Shown: positions 1 through 12,692 of the stretch, piece after piece
Position numbering within the stretch: the stretch's first letter is position 1
How the letters are laid out: each line of letters opens with the position of its first letter
From: Octopus sinensis
Lineage: Eukaryota
Direction of reading: 5' to 3'
NCBI RefSeq assembly: GCF_006345805.1
Contig: NC_043011.1
Span: 44,156,464-44,220,463 of the forward strand
DNA: 64,000 nucleotides
Program-made: the position numbers and the translations under genes
Notes under the pieces: generated by a model
Databases searched by the model: none
Seen by the model: the letters and a program-made list of their open reading frames with translations, nothing else
What the model was told of the DNA's origin: nothing

Positions 1-170
1 ATATACTTGTTGTATTTTGTTATCTCCCTTGTATCCTCTGGCATTGTTAAAAATGGAAAAATGGAAATGTACTATTTAAGTACAGCAGTCACTTTAATCA
101 TCTGTACTTCTTTTTGATTGTAAGGTATGGAGATAGAATTTTGATGTGTCTGGGGAGGGTCATATTGTCT

Positions 171-367
171 TAATGCCTTTATTATCTAACACACTCACCG
201 GTTCGATTTCCACTCATTTATTATTTATATTTTTTCTTCCAAAATTTTCATTGCTTTTGCAACCTTGTGTGATGAGGATGCAAAAGGATGAAAATTTTGG
301 AAGAAAAAATATAAATAATGAATGAGTGGAAATCGAACCAGTGAGTGTGTTAGATAATAAGGCATTA
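171..367. repeat. Foldback (inverted repeat), ~90-bp arms, 17-nt loop
   Basis: 171-261 is the reverse complement of 279-367 with about 4 differences; a related half copy lies at ~51549-51620. Confidence 0.9.
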
Positions 368-856
368 ACACAACATGACTCTCCTCAGACACAACATCAT
401 TTGCATCAACACACAAATTCACATGGAGTATTTTGCAAACCAGATATAAAAACAAAGGAGATAAAATTGTTTGTGTATTGAAAGTTGTGAAAATGTCAAG
501 AGTGGACGGCCTTTCTCTAAGTGTTGACCTGTGAGTCAGACAGAGGGAATTGGAGAGGGTACTTGCCTTTGGTGTTCAGTGAGATCTTGGACAGTGGGGT
601 TCCTCGACTTTTCCCTAGAGGTCATCCTGTATCAGAAGGACTACTTCTCTATCATAGGCCCACCCCACATTTTTTAACTTTTGTTTACTTTATATATTTA
701 TCTTTATTTTCATTATATATCATGTATATTTATCCCCTTTTTTTGTTATCTATTTATTTTTCATTTCATTATATGTAAACCCCCACATATGTCTGTTTTG
801 TATTGTCCCCCTCATCTTTCACCCTGGTGACAAATAAATAAAATAATCATTATTAA

Positions 857-898
<42 letters not shown>

Positions 899-900
899 AG

Positions 901-987
901 GTTTCACCATAAACGAGTTGTTGAACAACTTCGGGCTTGTGGAGTGTTGGAAACCATCCGTATCAGTGCTGCTGGATTCCCTGCAAG
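901..987 (+). CDS. Myo5: Myosin V exon: end of motor domain, SH2/SH1 helices ([29 protein letters not shown])
   Basis: Acceptor ttattacag|, donor |gtaaac; 87 nt, phase 2 to 2. Peptide matches the class V signature [21 protein letters not shown]. Confidence 0.95.
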
Positions 988-1323
988 GTAAACTTAAAAT
1001 TCACTTGTGTCCCATTATTTCTCATTAACGGTAGCGTAGAGGGAGGTTGCAGGTGGAGAGAAAACACCTGGTACTATTTAGTTGCCTGTGAAGGTGGACT
1101 TTGCCTTTCATCTTTTTGGATTGATAAAATAAAGTACCCAACCATTCTCCTCAAATTTGCTAGCCTTCGGCTTAATACAGAAACAATTACTGTCATTATT
1201 ATTATTATTATTTTTTTTTTCTTCTTCTTTCAAATTTGCTTCCATTTCTTGCCGAGTGTCAATTATTATTATTATTATTGTTATTATTGTTGTTATTATT
1301 ATTATCATTGTTATTATTATGAA

Positions 1324-1538
1324 GGTGGCAAGCTTTGCAGAATCGTTAGCACATTGGGCAAAATGCTTAGCAGTATTTCGCCTATCACTATGTTCAGAGT
1401 TCAAATTCCACCGAGGTCAACTGTGCCTTTCATCCTTTCGGGGTCAATAAATTAAGTACCAGTGAAACATTGGGGGTCGATGTAATTGACTAGTCCTCAC
1501 ACCAAAAATTTCAAGGCCTTGTGCCCTCCATAGAAAGG

Positions 1539-1540
<2 letters not shown>
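1324..1540 (+). mobile_element. tRNA-derived SINE, family A (core gcctttcatcctttcggggtcgataaattaagtaccag)
   Basis: A-box-like gcagaatcg and B-box-like gagttcaaatt, (ATT)n tail. Further copies near 1983, 3576, 16912(-), 19843, 22402(-), 27775, 30255(-), 33815(-), 46640, 52430(-), 55215. Confidence 0.88.
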
Positions 1541-1577
<37 letters not shown>

Positions 1578-1966
1578 GGATGGAAGCACTCCGTCGGTTA
1601 CGACGACGAGGGTTCCGGTTGATCCGAATCAACGGAACAGCCTGCTTGTGAAATTAACGTGTAAGTGGCTGAGCTCTCCACAGACACGTGCACCCTTAAC
1701 ATAGTTCTCGGGGATATTCAGCGTGACACAGAGAGTGACAAGGCCAGCCCCTTGAAATACAGGTACAACAGAAACAGGAAGTAAGAGTGAGAGAAAGTTG
1801 TGGTGAAAGAGTACAGCAGGGATCACCACCATCCCCTGCCGGAGCCTCGTGGAGCTTTTAGGTGTTTTCGCTCAATAAACACTCACAACGCCCGGTCTAG
1901 GAATCGAAACCGCGATCCTATGACCGCGAGTCCGCTGCCCTAACCACTGGGCCATTGCGCCTCCAC
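1578..1966 (-). mobile_element. tRNA-derived SINE, family B, full length, inserted in (TTA)n
   Basis: Minus strand begins gtggaggcgcaatggcccagtggttagggcagcggactcgcgg (tRNA-like head); very similar to the copy at 54257-54647. Confidence 0.9.
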
Positions 1967-2602
1967 TATTATTATTATTATGTAGTGGCAACCTGGCTGA
2001 ATCTTTAGTATGCCAGGCAAAATGCTTAGCAGTATTTCACCCATTGCCACGTTCTGAGTTTAAATTCCACTGAGATCGACCTTGCTTTCGTCCTTTTGGG
2101 GTTGATAAATTACCGGTATCAGTAAAACACTGGGATTAATGTAATCAGATTATCCTCTACCCCGAGCTTGCTGGCCTTGTGCCAAAATTTGAAACTGTTG
2201 TTATTATTATTATTCTTGTCAAAATTGTAGTTTATTGTTAGTTTCATTGTGACTGCTCTTCTTGAATTGTTCTACATGCCATGTGAAGGCATGTGGCTTG
2301 GTGGTTAGGGCATTCGGCTCACGATTGTAAGGTCGTGAGTTCAATTCCCGGTGACACCTTGTGTCCTTGAGCAAGACACTTTTTTACGTTGCTCCAGTCC
2401 ACTGAAGATTAAAGGCTTCGAATGACCCGTCTGTGTTTTTTGTATCGTCTTCTGGATGTTTTGCGTTCTTGTCCCATTTTGTATTTATATATATATATAT
2501 ATATAGCAGCGTACATACACTTTGTTATCTTATATATGTATGTGTGTGTGTATTGCGTGTTGCGTATGTAGGTGTAATTGTTGTGTATGCTTTCTGTTGC
2601 AG

Positions 2603-2714
2603 GGGAACATACGATAATATATTCTACATGTTCCAACAACTCTTGAATCTGTCAGACGTCAACAAATCGGACCCACGAGAAAGTTGTGAGAAACTTATGA
2701 AGACATACATTGAG
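2603..2714 (+). CDS. Myo5: Myosin V exon: converter region (GTYDNIFYMFQQLLNLSDVNKSDPRESCEKLMKTYIE)
   Basis: tttctgttgcag| ... gag|gtaagc; phase 2 to 0 joins both neighbours in frame. Positional equivalent of WTYQEFFSRYRVL...CKNVLEKLI, but divergent. Confidence 0.88.
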
Positions 2715-2994
2715 GTAAGCCACATGTTTTTTTTTTTGCTGTTTTGCTTTTCTGTCTTTTTGCTTTTTGTATATTTGACTACCTGTCCAACCCATGCAGG
2801 TATCACTGTGGGTATTATCACAATACATACCATTGTATGGTACCATACTGAAGGTGACAGAGTAGGTAATGTGCTAGATACTGTAATACTTACTATAGTA
2901 TGTACCACAGTAGACAGTACACAAAATACTGTAGTAGTTTGTACAGTATGTGCCACAGTAGAAATACTACAGTATGGTACCACAATAGATCAGT

Positions 2995-3365
2995 CGTGGC
3001 ACTCCGTCGTTTATGATCATGAGGGTTCTAGTTGATTTGATCAACGGAACAGCCTGCGCATGAATTTAACGTGCAAGTGGCTGACCACTCCACAGACGTG
3101 TGTACCCTTAATGTAGTTCTCGGGGAGATTCAGTGTGACAAGACTGGCCCTTTGAAATACAGGTACAACAGAAATAGGAAGAAAGAGTGAAGGAAAGTTG
3201 TGGTGAAAGAGTACATTAGGGTTCGCCACCATCCCCTGCTGGAGCCTCATGGTACTTTAGGTTTTTTCGCTCAATAAACAATCACAACGCCTGGTCTGGG
3301 AATTGAAACCACCATCCTGCGACTGCGAGTCTGCTGCCCTAACCACTAGGCCATTGCGCCTCCAC
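2995..3365 (-). mobile_element. SINE family B copy interrupting a degenerate tandem repeat (~2780-3540)
   Basis: Same body as 1578-1966, more diverged; flanks ccacaatagat / ccacagtagat may be a target-site duplication. Confidence 0.85.
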
Positions 3366-4056
3366 ACCACAGTAGATAGTACACAAGAAGCCATACTAGT
3401 TTGTACAGTGTGTATCACAGTATAGTACCACAACAGGTGGTTCTATACTGCGTTGTACCAGCACAGTATACTATGGTGCTACTATAGAATGTATCCTTGT
3501 CATACAACAGTAGCTACCACCGTATGGTCTAACTTTTGTGAACAATGGTTATACTGCAATATTAGTGGAGGATTAAGATGGCAAGCTCACTGAACTGTTA
3601 GCATGCTGGGCAAAATGCCGAGCAGCATTTGGTCCATCTTCACATTCTGAGTTCAAATTCAGCCGAGATCCACTATGCTGTTCACTTTTTTGTGTGTTGA
3701 GTAAATAAGTACCAGTTTAACACAGTGGTTACTGTAATCAACTTAACCCCCCACCCCCGAAATTGCTGGCCTTGTGCCAAAATTTGAAATCATTATTTGA
3801 AAGGAGGGTCAGTTGTCAAACAGTAGCAAATTTAATTTCTCTGCCATGTAACCATTAACCCATCATCTACATAACAGCAATAAAAACCAAAACAATATCA
3901 GTTTCTGTGACCCAGAAAACGCTCACTTTATGAAATGCAATTAGTTATTTTTGCTAATTTCACTGAAATTAACCAGGAGGTTCGTCTTTACCCTCATTCC
4001 CTTCAGATAATTATCTTCGGTGTCAAATCTAAAACTAACTTATTGTTATCTTACAG

Positions 4057-4268
4057 GACCCTGATAAATACCGGTTTGGGAAAACAAAGATTTTGTTCCG
4101 TGCTGGTCAGCTTGCTCTCCTTGACAAACTGTTGAGTGATCGACGCATCAAATGGTCAGTTATGGTACAAAAGCAGGTGCGGACATTCCTGTGCAAGAGA
4201 CGCTTCGAGAAGATCAGACGTTCAGTTTCCTTACTACAAATTTATGGCCGTGGATATATAGCACGCTT
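4057..4268 (+). CDS. Myo5: Myosin V exon: converter end, IQ1 and IQ2 (DPDKYRFGKTKILFRAGQLALLDKL...VQKQVRTFLCKRRF...LQIYGRGYIARL)
   Basis: gttatcttacag| ... |gtaagg; phase 0 to 2; FGKTKIxFRAGQ myosin motif. Confidence 0.95.
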
Positions 4269-4893
4269 GTAAGGACCTTCAACTTATTTTTTTCAACTTA
4301 TTTTTTCACCCCCCGTGTCTCTCTCTTTCAGTTCAGGTTTTTTTTTCCTTTTGATACAAGCATTTAATACTAAGTTTGATGGAAAGATTCTGACAAAGCA
4401 TCAGGGAGGAAACAATAAGATGAGGCTGCTTGTCATGAAGGACCACCTGGACGTATGAAAGTCAGTTTGTTGCTACAGGGTACTTTAAACATTGCAGCCC
4501 CTCTTACTGCAAAGGGAATCACATCCAAACATCTAGACATATCTGCAACACCCTGCAACACATCTACAACGGCCCACAATACATCTACAACACATCTGCA
4601 GCACTCCACAATACATCTGCAATACGACATAGTACTTTGTAGTAAAGATTGTTTGCCAACATAACATGGCAGTCCTGGTTTATGTCGTATAGCCAGCTGG
4701 AGACGATGTCTCCTGGGGCTAAATTACAGCAACATTAGTCCTAAACCAGGACTTCCATGTTTATGTTGGCAAACAATCTTTACTTCTGAAACAGTTAAAT
4801 ACTGTGATTCTTTGAATTGTCTTTGACTTTATTCCATTGTTGTGTAATGTTTGTTCAATACATCATGCCATTTTTTCCTTTGAATCTATGCAG

Positions 4894-5008
4894 AGCCTTC
4901 GAAGAACGACGCAGGATACATGCCTCCATTAAGATTCAAGCTTGTTTCCGAGCGTTTCTTGTTCGGAAAGTGTTCCAAGAGAAGAAAATGGCTGCCATTG
5001 TTGTTCAG
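4894..5008 (+). CDS. Myo5: Myosin V exon: IQ3 and start of IQ4 (AFEERRRIHASIKIQACFRAFLVRKVFQEKKMAAIVVQ)
   Basis: ctatgcag| ... cag|gttagt; phase 2 to 0; IQxxxRxxxxR motif. Confidence 0.93.
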
Positions 5009-6688
5009 GTTAGTTTGGAACATTCTCTCTTTCCTCTTGTTTAAAGATGTTAATTATCTCCAAACATCCACAGTGCTAGAGAAGGGCCCATATAGGAAAA
5101 CAAAGCATTAGAACGCAGGACTTGGTGCCAGTCCTGCTTCTCTCAGTTCAAAGATTTGAGCAAAGTCGACTCCAACATCGAGACCAAGGCACACTGGCAA
5201 AACACTGCTCCTCTAAGTGGAAACCTTACCTGTCATTGTGGTTTTGTGGCATGAAGCAAATCAGGCCTTACCATCCACTGAAGAATACACATGGTAAAGC
5301 AAGCTGAGTCCTCAACCTGTTCCCTTTGCTGAAAGGTTTGATAGGGACCAGCAGGTCTCAGGTTTCCTTCTCAAGTCATACTGACTCATGAGGGCTAGTT
5401 TCCCAGTTTCATGGCATATATAATCCCCACCTGTATGGGTCGCCAGTCTGCCACGGGTTTACTCAATTTTGCCAGCTGGGTTGACTGGAGTGATGTGAAA
5501 TGAAGTGTTTTGCTCAAGAACACAATGCATTGACCAGTCCAAGAATTGAAACCACAAGCTTACAGTCATGAGCCCAACGCCCTAACCACTAAGCCATGTG
5601 GCTTTTCAAGGTACAGGTGTAGTTATGTGGTAATAAGTTTTTCTTCCTAACCACAACCTTCTGGGTTCAATCCCACTGCTTGGCACCTTGGGCATGTGTC
5701 TTCAATTATATAGTCCCAGGCTGACCAGAGTCCTTATGAGTTGACAGAAATTGAAAGAAGCCCATCATATACCTACATACATGTGTGTGTCCTTGTGTTT
5801 ATCCTCCACCACCACTTGACAACCGGTATTGGTTTGTTTACATCTCCACATCTCTGAGGCGCAAGTCTGAGCAAGGTTGTTTATGGAAGACCAGCAGTCG
5901 TCCATGCATACCAGGCTCCTCTCTTCATGCCACCGATGTTACCCAAGGGAAAGGCAAAGGACGATACAGCTTGGTACCAGTAAGGTTGCACCTCATTTTT
6001 ACAACTGAGTGAGCTGGAGCGATGTGAAATAAAGTGTCTTGCTCAAGAACACTTTATAGATAGAATAAATACCAGACTTCATAAAATAAATACAGGGGCT
6101 AATTCATTCAACTTAAATCTTTCGAGGTGTTGCCCCAGCTTGACCACAGTCCTATGACTGAAGCAAATAAAAGATAGAAGATAAAAGGAAGATAAAAGCT
6201 AAATGCTTCACACCTTTTCCATTTGTCTTTCATTTTATATTCCAGTAGGAAAACAATTGTTTTGGTTCTTACCATACTTGACCTAATTCTTAGTCAATGC
6301 TAGAATTACACCTGCAGTCAGAGGTATGATGGCTATCAGTGGGTGTTTCCTCATTGTCAAACCTGTTTCCATGGTTTCTGAAACTTTGGGGCCATTTACC
6401 AGTAAGTTTGGCTTGTGTGGAATCACAGAACCTGCAATGCCAATTCTTCAAAATTTTTTTATATCCTTGGCATATCAGTGTTACAGCAATAATGTTGTTT
6501 AGAATATACTGTCTGAAAACTCGGGTTGGTCATGGTTAGATTGTCTTTGATAATAAGTCTGCTGGTAGAAGACTGGACTGACCTGGGGCTAAACAATAGC
6601 AGCTACATTCATTATGTGTTAACCTTGCTCTTTAAATGGTTTGAAATTTGTTCCTGTCTCATGAATCCTGTTGTCTTTCTAATTCCAG

Positions 6689-6880
6689 AGATATGCCCGG
6701 AGAGTGCTGGCTCAAAGACTATTCCGCAAGTTGGTGCATGACCGTAATGCTACAATTCTTCAAACTCAAATTCGTGCCTGGATGGCTCGGAGGAAGTTTG
6801 ACAAAGTCCGTCGCGGTGTCGTCCTATTACAGTCTCATGTTAGACGCAGAGCTGCCAAGAAGGTCTTCAAAGAACTCAAG
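6689..6880 (+). CDS. Myo5: Myosin V exon: IQ4-IQ6 (RYARRVLAQRLF...LQTQIRAWMARRKF...LQSHVRRRAAKKVFKELK)
   Basis: gtctttctaattccag| ... aag|gtaaat; 192 nt, phase 0 to 0. The six IQ glutamines are spaced 23-25-23-25-23, the class V pattern. Confidence 0.95.
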
Positions 6881-7885
6881 GTAAATTCTTTTGACAATTA
6901 TTTCCCCCAGCAGATTCTTCAAGTCAACCTAGTATTTGTGTGTGTGTGTGTGTTTGTGTGTGTAATTATGGAACTTAATTAGTTAATCAACTCTATAATA
7001 AAATATTTAGCATCCAGTTGTAGAAATCATGCCAAAACAGGCAGTGGAATCTGGTGTGGCCCTTGGCCTTAACAGCTCCCGTTAAATCATCTAACCCATG
7101 CTACCATGGAAAACAGATGTTCAGTGATGAAAATGAGGATGATTATAATGAATGCTACGCCAAGTGTAATACTTAATTATTCACATTGTTTTCAATTAAT
7201 CATGCATTATCTTGTCGCTTTAAGATTTTGATGATGTGATTGTTTACTTTTTGAATGACACTGTAGAGTTGGTGTGAGAGGCTAGATCTGGTTGATTTCA
7301 AAATAAAACTATTTAGGTTGGATATGACTGGTTTAAATGCTAAAAGGTTAAACATGGTCACATCTAATGACTGTTTAATTATGTCATCTAATTACTGCAT
7401 GTGAGTGAGTGAGAGAGAGAGAGAAAGAGATGTTAAAAAACATTAAAACGTGGTCCTGTCAATTCACTGATTACCCATTTAAAGTAATATCATGTGAGAA
7501 CAAGGATTTAGTAATCTAACGAGAGAGAGACTCTACATGATGTGTTGACTTGCTAGAAACTTCAGCCAAAGCTCCCTCATATTACATCCCACCTCAAAAG
7601 AAAAAGACAACACTGGGAAAAATAAAGTGAAGATAGTCATGTCTGGAATGGCTTGACCATAAGTCTGTTTAATCAAGGTTCACTGCCCTGGGACCAACAT
7701 CAACAAAAACAACTAAGCAACACTGTGGATATAGTAACTAAAGAATCTCACTATTGGTGTATTATCTGTAGGGGTTATAACCCCTAAATTGTAATAGAGC
7801 TAAGGCATGATATATATTTGTAGTATAGTTGCTACATACAATGTAATAACATCTTTAGGAAAGATATCTTACATATCTCTATATA

Positions 7886-7931
<46 letters not shown>

Positions 7932-8014
7932 TATAATAAGAGTAGCTCGTATACGAGTGGGTATATATTTGTCAAAAATGAAGTTTGAAAATGCCGCTAT
8001 ATTAGATAAATTTT

Positions 8015-8061
8015 AATTTTACATGTTTCGGTTCTTGAAATAACGAACCTTATCAAAAAAA
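8015..8061 (-). ncRNA. Minimal type-I hammerhead-like motif with U3-A8 core
   Basis: Minus strand reads UUU-UUGAUAA-GGUUC(guuauuucaa)GAACC-GAAA-CAU-GUA/AAA: 5-bp stem II, palindromic ACAUGU stem III, GUA triplet, weak A-U stem I. Confidence 0.6.
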
Positions 8062-8255
8062 TTTTTTTATATAATAAAGAGAGTCCATGCTATATGTTTA
8101 AAGAGTATGATGGAACAGTTCATAATTGTGACATACATTCAATAGAGTCAAATATAAAAAATCCATGTTCTTGAAAAGGCGAGGAGTTCATTATAGATTT
8201 TACCTTGTGTTCCAATGGGAGCAACAGTAATGATTCTTGGTCGGCATCTGCTGGC

Positions 8256-8300
<45 letters not shown>

Positions 8301-8306
<6 letters not shown>

Positions 8307-8786
8307 GTTGGTGCATAATTACTGCGGATTTTTTCGATAAATTTTATTCAACAAAAACAATAACAACATGTAACAAAAACATCTTTAAATGATTATCCCG
8401 GAGCATATTCACCATCTACTTCAGTTACTGCTTCCCATTTGCTTGGCAGACAGTCAGACTGTCATTTAAAGATGTTTTTGTTAAATATTGTTATTGTTTT
8501 TGTTGAATGAAATTTGTTGAAAAAAAGCTGTGTGACACGTCCATATCTATGTGTATACGCATGTATGGATACATCCCCACTATTGGCACTATTTGTTAGT
8601 AAACAGTATGAACTGCGAAGGCGGATGTGCACAATGTGCATCACTCCGCTGTATATTGACAGTTCGTAAACAGGTTAAGCAAAATAAACACGTAAACAAT
8701 AACAATGCCTTCAGTGAGTTGTCTATCATCCCATCACGAACCAAAGAATGCATAACAAGCTGCAATAATTCTGCACCAACCCAATA
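8301..8786 (-). mobile_element. Non-autonomous mariner-type element with TA-flanked TIRs
   Basis: Left TIR ta-ttgggttggtgcataattactgc, right TIR gcaataattctgcaccaacccaa-ta (Hsmar1-like). Minus strand holds the transposase C-terminus LPSKWEAVTEVDGEYAPG*. Confidence 0.85.
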
Positions 8787-9562
8787 TTTATGTATAACAT
8801 ATCTACATTTCTATATGACATGTCTTGTATCCCTGCATATTACATATACCACCACAGTATCAAGCATATTTTTATTTCACACACATACGTGTGTGTGAAG
8901 GTGCATGGCCTAGAGTTCGGATGTGTCACTCATGATCACTAGATCTTGGGTTCGATTCCCAGAAGCTTCATTTCACATTAGCAGAAATGCATTTACGGTA
9001 TATCCTCCGGCTCTCTACATTCTGAGTTCAAATCCCACCTGCCTGGAGAAGGCGACAGGAAACCACTCCATTATTTACCCCAAATCTGGTCTTGGATGGC
9101 TATAGTTCCAGTAATCTACTTAACAGAAGTAGGGGAGGTTACAAGCACTCTTAGGTTATACAGAGAGTGCTGGAGAAGGTTCACATGGGAAAACAAAGCA
9201 TTAGAGCTCAAAACCCGGCGCCAGTCCTGCTTCTCCTCAGTTCAAAGATTTGAGCAAAGTCGACTCCAACATCGGGACCGACTTTGTGCAAGCATGAAGG
9301 CACGCTGCCATGACGTGGCTCCTCTCAATAGAAACTTTACTTGTCACTGCGATTTTGTGGCACGAAGCAAAACAGGCCTTGCGTTCCTCTCAAGAAAACA
9401 CATAGTAAATGATCCACAAGCAAACTGAGTTCTCAACTTATTCCATTTGCCAAAAGGTTTGCAAAACACCAGCAGGCCCCTCAACAGACACATTCGCGGC
9501 CATAGAACATAATTAACCCTTTATTTTACTGAACCCTCGTTTGTTGTTCACAATGAGACAAT

Positions 9563-9594
<32 letters not shown>

Positions 9595-9852
9595 AATTTG
9601 AAATGAGGGTGAGAAATTGAATATTAATTTAATTAAGATCTATAGACAAATTGCGTAAGTAAAATTAGGTAATCTGTTAATAGTGAAATATGTATGTGAA
9701 TAATCTATATTTTTGTTGCTTTTCATTTGTCTTGCTCGTTTATCTTCTGGTGTTTGCTAAATATTTCTTGAGAACATTTCTTATTGGTAAGACCATAGCA
9801 GATCTGCTTCTAGCATAAGGGTTATCCACATAGTGGTCATCCCTCTCATATG

Positions 9853-9890
<38 letters not shown>

Positions 9891-9943
9891 CACTCACAGA
9901 CACATATATCTCTAATTATGCATATTTGTTTGTTTTTTTGCAG

Positions 9944-10033
9944 AGAAAGGCCAAGGACACAGATGAACTCACATTGTCCAACCGACGTCTGTGTAACAAG
10001 ATTATTGAATTGTCTAACCAAATTAAAGAAAAG
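9944..10033 (+). CDS. Myo5: Myosin V exon: start of coiled coil (RKAKDTDELTLSNRRLCNKIIELSNQIKEK)
   Basis: tttttttgcag| ... aag|gtaggt; 90 nt. Equivalent to [24 protein letters not shown] of Myo5a. Confidence 0.9.
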
Positions 10034-10866
10034 GTAGGTGTCTGTGTATATGCATGTGTGAGTGTATGGATTGGTGTAGATGGATGTATGATTGCACATT
10101 GTGATGTGTGTGGAGATGTTTAAATCTGGGTGTCTGGATTTGTTTGAGGGTGTATGATAGTCTTCAATGACATGTGTGTGTATGTGTGTGTAGAGATATG
10201 CATTTGGGTATGGATGTGTGCACATTTGTGTGTGTGTTGTGTAGATGTGTGTGTTTTTGTGTAGTTGTAGTTGTTTGGACGTGTGTATGATTGTATCCAG
10301 TGATGTGTGTATGGGGATGCATCCAAATTTGTGTGTAGATGTGTTTGTGTGGATCACTTTGTAGATATGTGTGATTGCAAGTATGTTTGTGTGGATTTGG
10401 CTATGTGTGTGTGTTTATGTGGACATGGGTGTATGCACATGTGTATTTATGTAGATATGGTTGTACATGTGTGTGTGTTTGTGTGGGTATAGTTGTATGT
10501 GTTTCTACATATGATTGTATATGTTTGTATGGATATAACTGTATGCATGTGTCTGTGTATATGTTAGTGTGTTCTTTGTTGATTAAGGTTCAAAGTTCAT
10601 TAATTCATAGGTAATCTCTATATAGAAACATTATCTATAGAGAGACAAACCACATCTATTTGTTTCCTGCTTTACATAGCCAATATTTACTTAATTAATA
10701 ATAAATTAATCAATGAAATTTTTCTGTTATTGTAATAAGTTATTTCTGTTTCTGTAAAATAAAATTTTATTTTTAAAATTGCCAACTCTGACTCTTGATT
10801 TAATTATCGTTTGTATATATTATATATTTATATTTCCACCTCACTTCCTCTTTTCAATCGTTTTAG

Positions 10867-11091
10867 GAGCATGACTTGAAACATTTGAGAAGTAATGAGG
10901 CCAACAACAAACAGTTCCAAGACTTGTATGAAAAACTCTCCACAGAGCATGACGGCTGCAGAGAGATCAGACTGAGGTTGCAAGATGCTGAGAGTCTGGT
11001 TTCAGAACTGAAGGGCAATTTGAAACAGAAGACTGAAGAATTAACTGTCTTAATGGCGGAGAAGAAGAAGATGAAACTGACTTATGATGAG
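10867..11091 (+). CDS. Myo5: Myosin V exon: coiled coil (EHDLKHLRSNEANNKQFQDL...KKKMKLTYDE)
   Basis: tttcaatcgttttag| ... gag|gttggt; 225 nt, phase 0 to 0; heptad-like E/K/L-rich open frame. Confidence 0.88.
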
Positions 11092-11825
11092 GTTGGTGAA
11101 TTCTGTTGAATGTAGTTTTGTATTTGGAGTGTTGTTGTTGGTGGTGGTGGTGGTTTTTGTGTTTAGTGTCAATGAGCTGTCATTGTAGGGATGCATGACA
11201 GCAATCAGTGGTTGCCACTGTTTTTGTAGAATCCACACTCCTCACCAACATGTACCACTTCCTTGCCTGGATAATGTCCATCTTCCACGCTTCTACAAGT
11301 GTCTGTCTGTCTGTGTGTCTATCTGTACATCTCTCTAAAATCCACCAATCACCATCATCACTACCACCATCATCACTACCACCATCACCAGTTTCTTGTC
11401 TCTTGTCCTTCATTAAAGACATCAACCCTATTTCACCTTCCTCTTCACTGATTGACTCCAATACACACAAAGACTTCTTCCTCTGTTTCAAAGTCCATTT
11501 TCTCTCATTCTTGTAAATCTGTCTGTGTGTCCCTCTATTCCTCCCTAAACACCTCCAACTGCCACCACCAGTTATTTGATTCTTGCTGACTCCAATAAAA
11601 ATAAAGACTTCTAAATTGACTCCACATCAAAGTCTACCTTTCGTTAACTTCAAAGTTTACCTGTCTGTTACTATTTCTCCCTGCTAAACTCTTCCAACCA
11701 ACTATTTAAGCCTTACTAACATATATATATATATATTAACCATATAACTATATATATTATGATTATATAACTATATCCAGTTATATAATCATAGTTCATA
11801 TATAGTTATACGGTCAGTATATATA

Positions 11826-12150
11826 TGCTCAATGCTTAGAGCATCAGGCTCACAATTATCAGGTTGTGAGTTCAATTCCTGAACCAGGCTACATATTGTG
11901 TTCTTGAGCAAGACCCTTTATTTCACTTTGCTCCAGTTCTCTCATCTGTAGAAATGAGTTGTGATGTCACTGGTGCCAAGTTGTATCGGCCTTTGCCTTT
12001 CCCTTAGACAGCATTGGTGGCATGCGGAGAGGAGGCTGGTATGGTGACTGCTGATCTTCCATAAACAATCTTGCCTGGACTTGTGCCTGAAAGGGTAACT
12101 TTCTAAATGCAATCCCATAGTAAATTAATGACCAAAGCGGTTCTTTACCC
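11826..12150 (+). mobile_element. tRNA-derived SINE, family C (CORE-like gttcttgagcaagacactttatttcac...cagctgtagaaatgag)
   Basis: Shared ~330-bp body with copies at 18274-18617, 26780-27120 and 43155-43490; partial copies near 2281, 5845(-), 36800(-), 38545(-). Confidence 0.85.
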
Positions 12151-12692
12151 TCTATAACTATATATACTGCTTTCAGTCTAACTGAAGACTTCAAATTTAC
12201 TTCACATCTAAGTCCGTCTTTCCTTTACTTCTAAGTTCACCTGTCTATATCTACTTCCACCTGCATCTACTTTCCAAACTCACTCCTGCTTCAAGACATC
12301 ATACAAGCAGTGTCGTTCATTTCCAATATTCTCTGGAAACTTGTCTGGCTACGGGAAAATATTTACTTTGCTTGGAAACAGGTGAGGGTTGGCGAAAGTA
12401 AAGGCATCTAGCCATAGAAAATCTGCTTCAATAAACTCCATCCGACCCATGTAAACATGGAAAAGTAGATGTAAGATGATGATGATGATGCTTATCATAT
12501 ATATATATTTTATGTATATATTCTAGCTGACTTGGAGAATTGACCATTCTTTTATAATTATATAAGCATTCCAACTATATATATACTCCAACTATATTCC
12601 AGTTATATATATCAATATATATAAGAATTTTTTGGGTAATGAGATAAAAAAAACCAAGGCTGTGTAGATATTAGAACATTTATAGATAGAAG

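Noticed and set aside
225-455. 76-aa minus-strand ORF at the window start
   Set aside because: Overlaps the foldback repeat; no recognisable domain or splice context.
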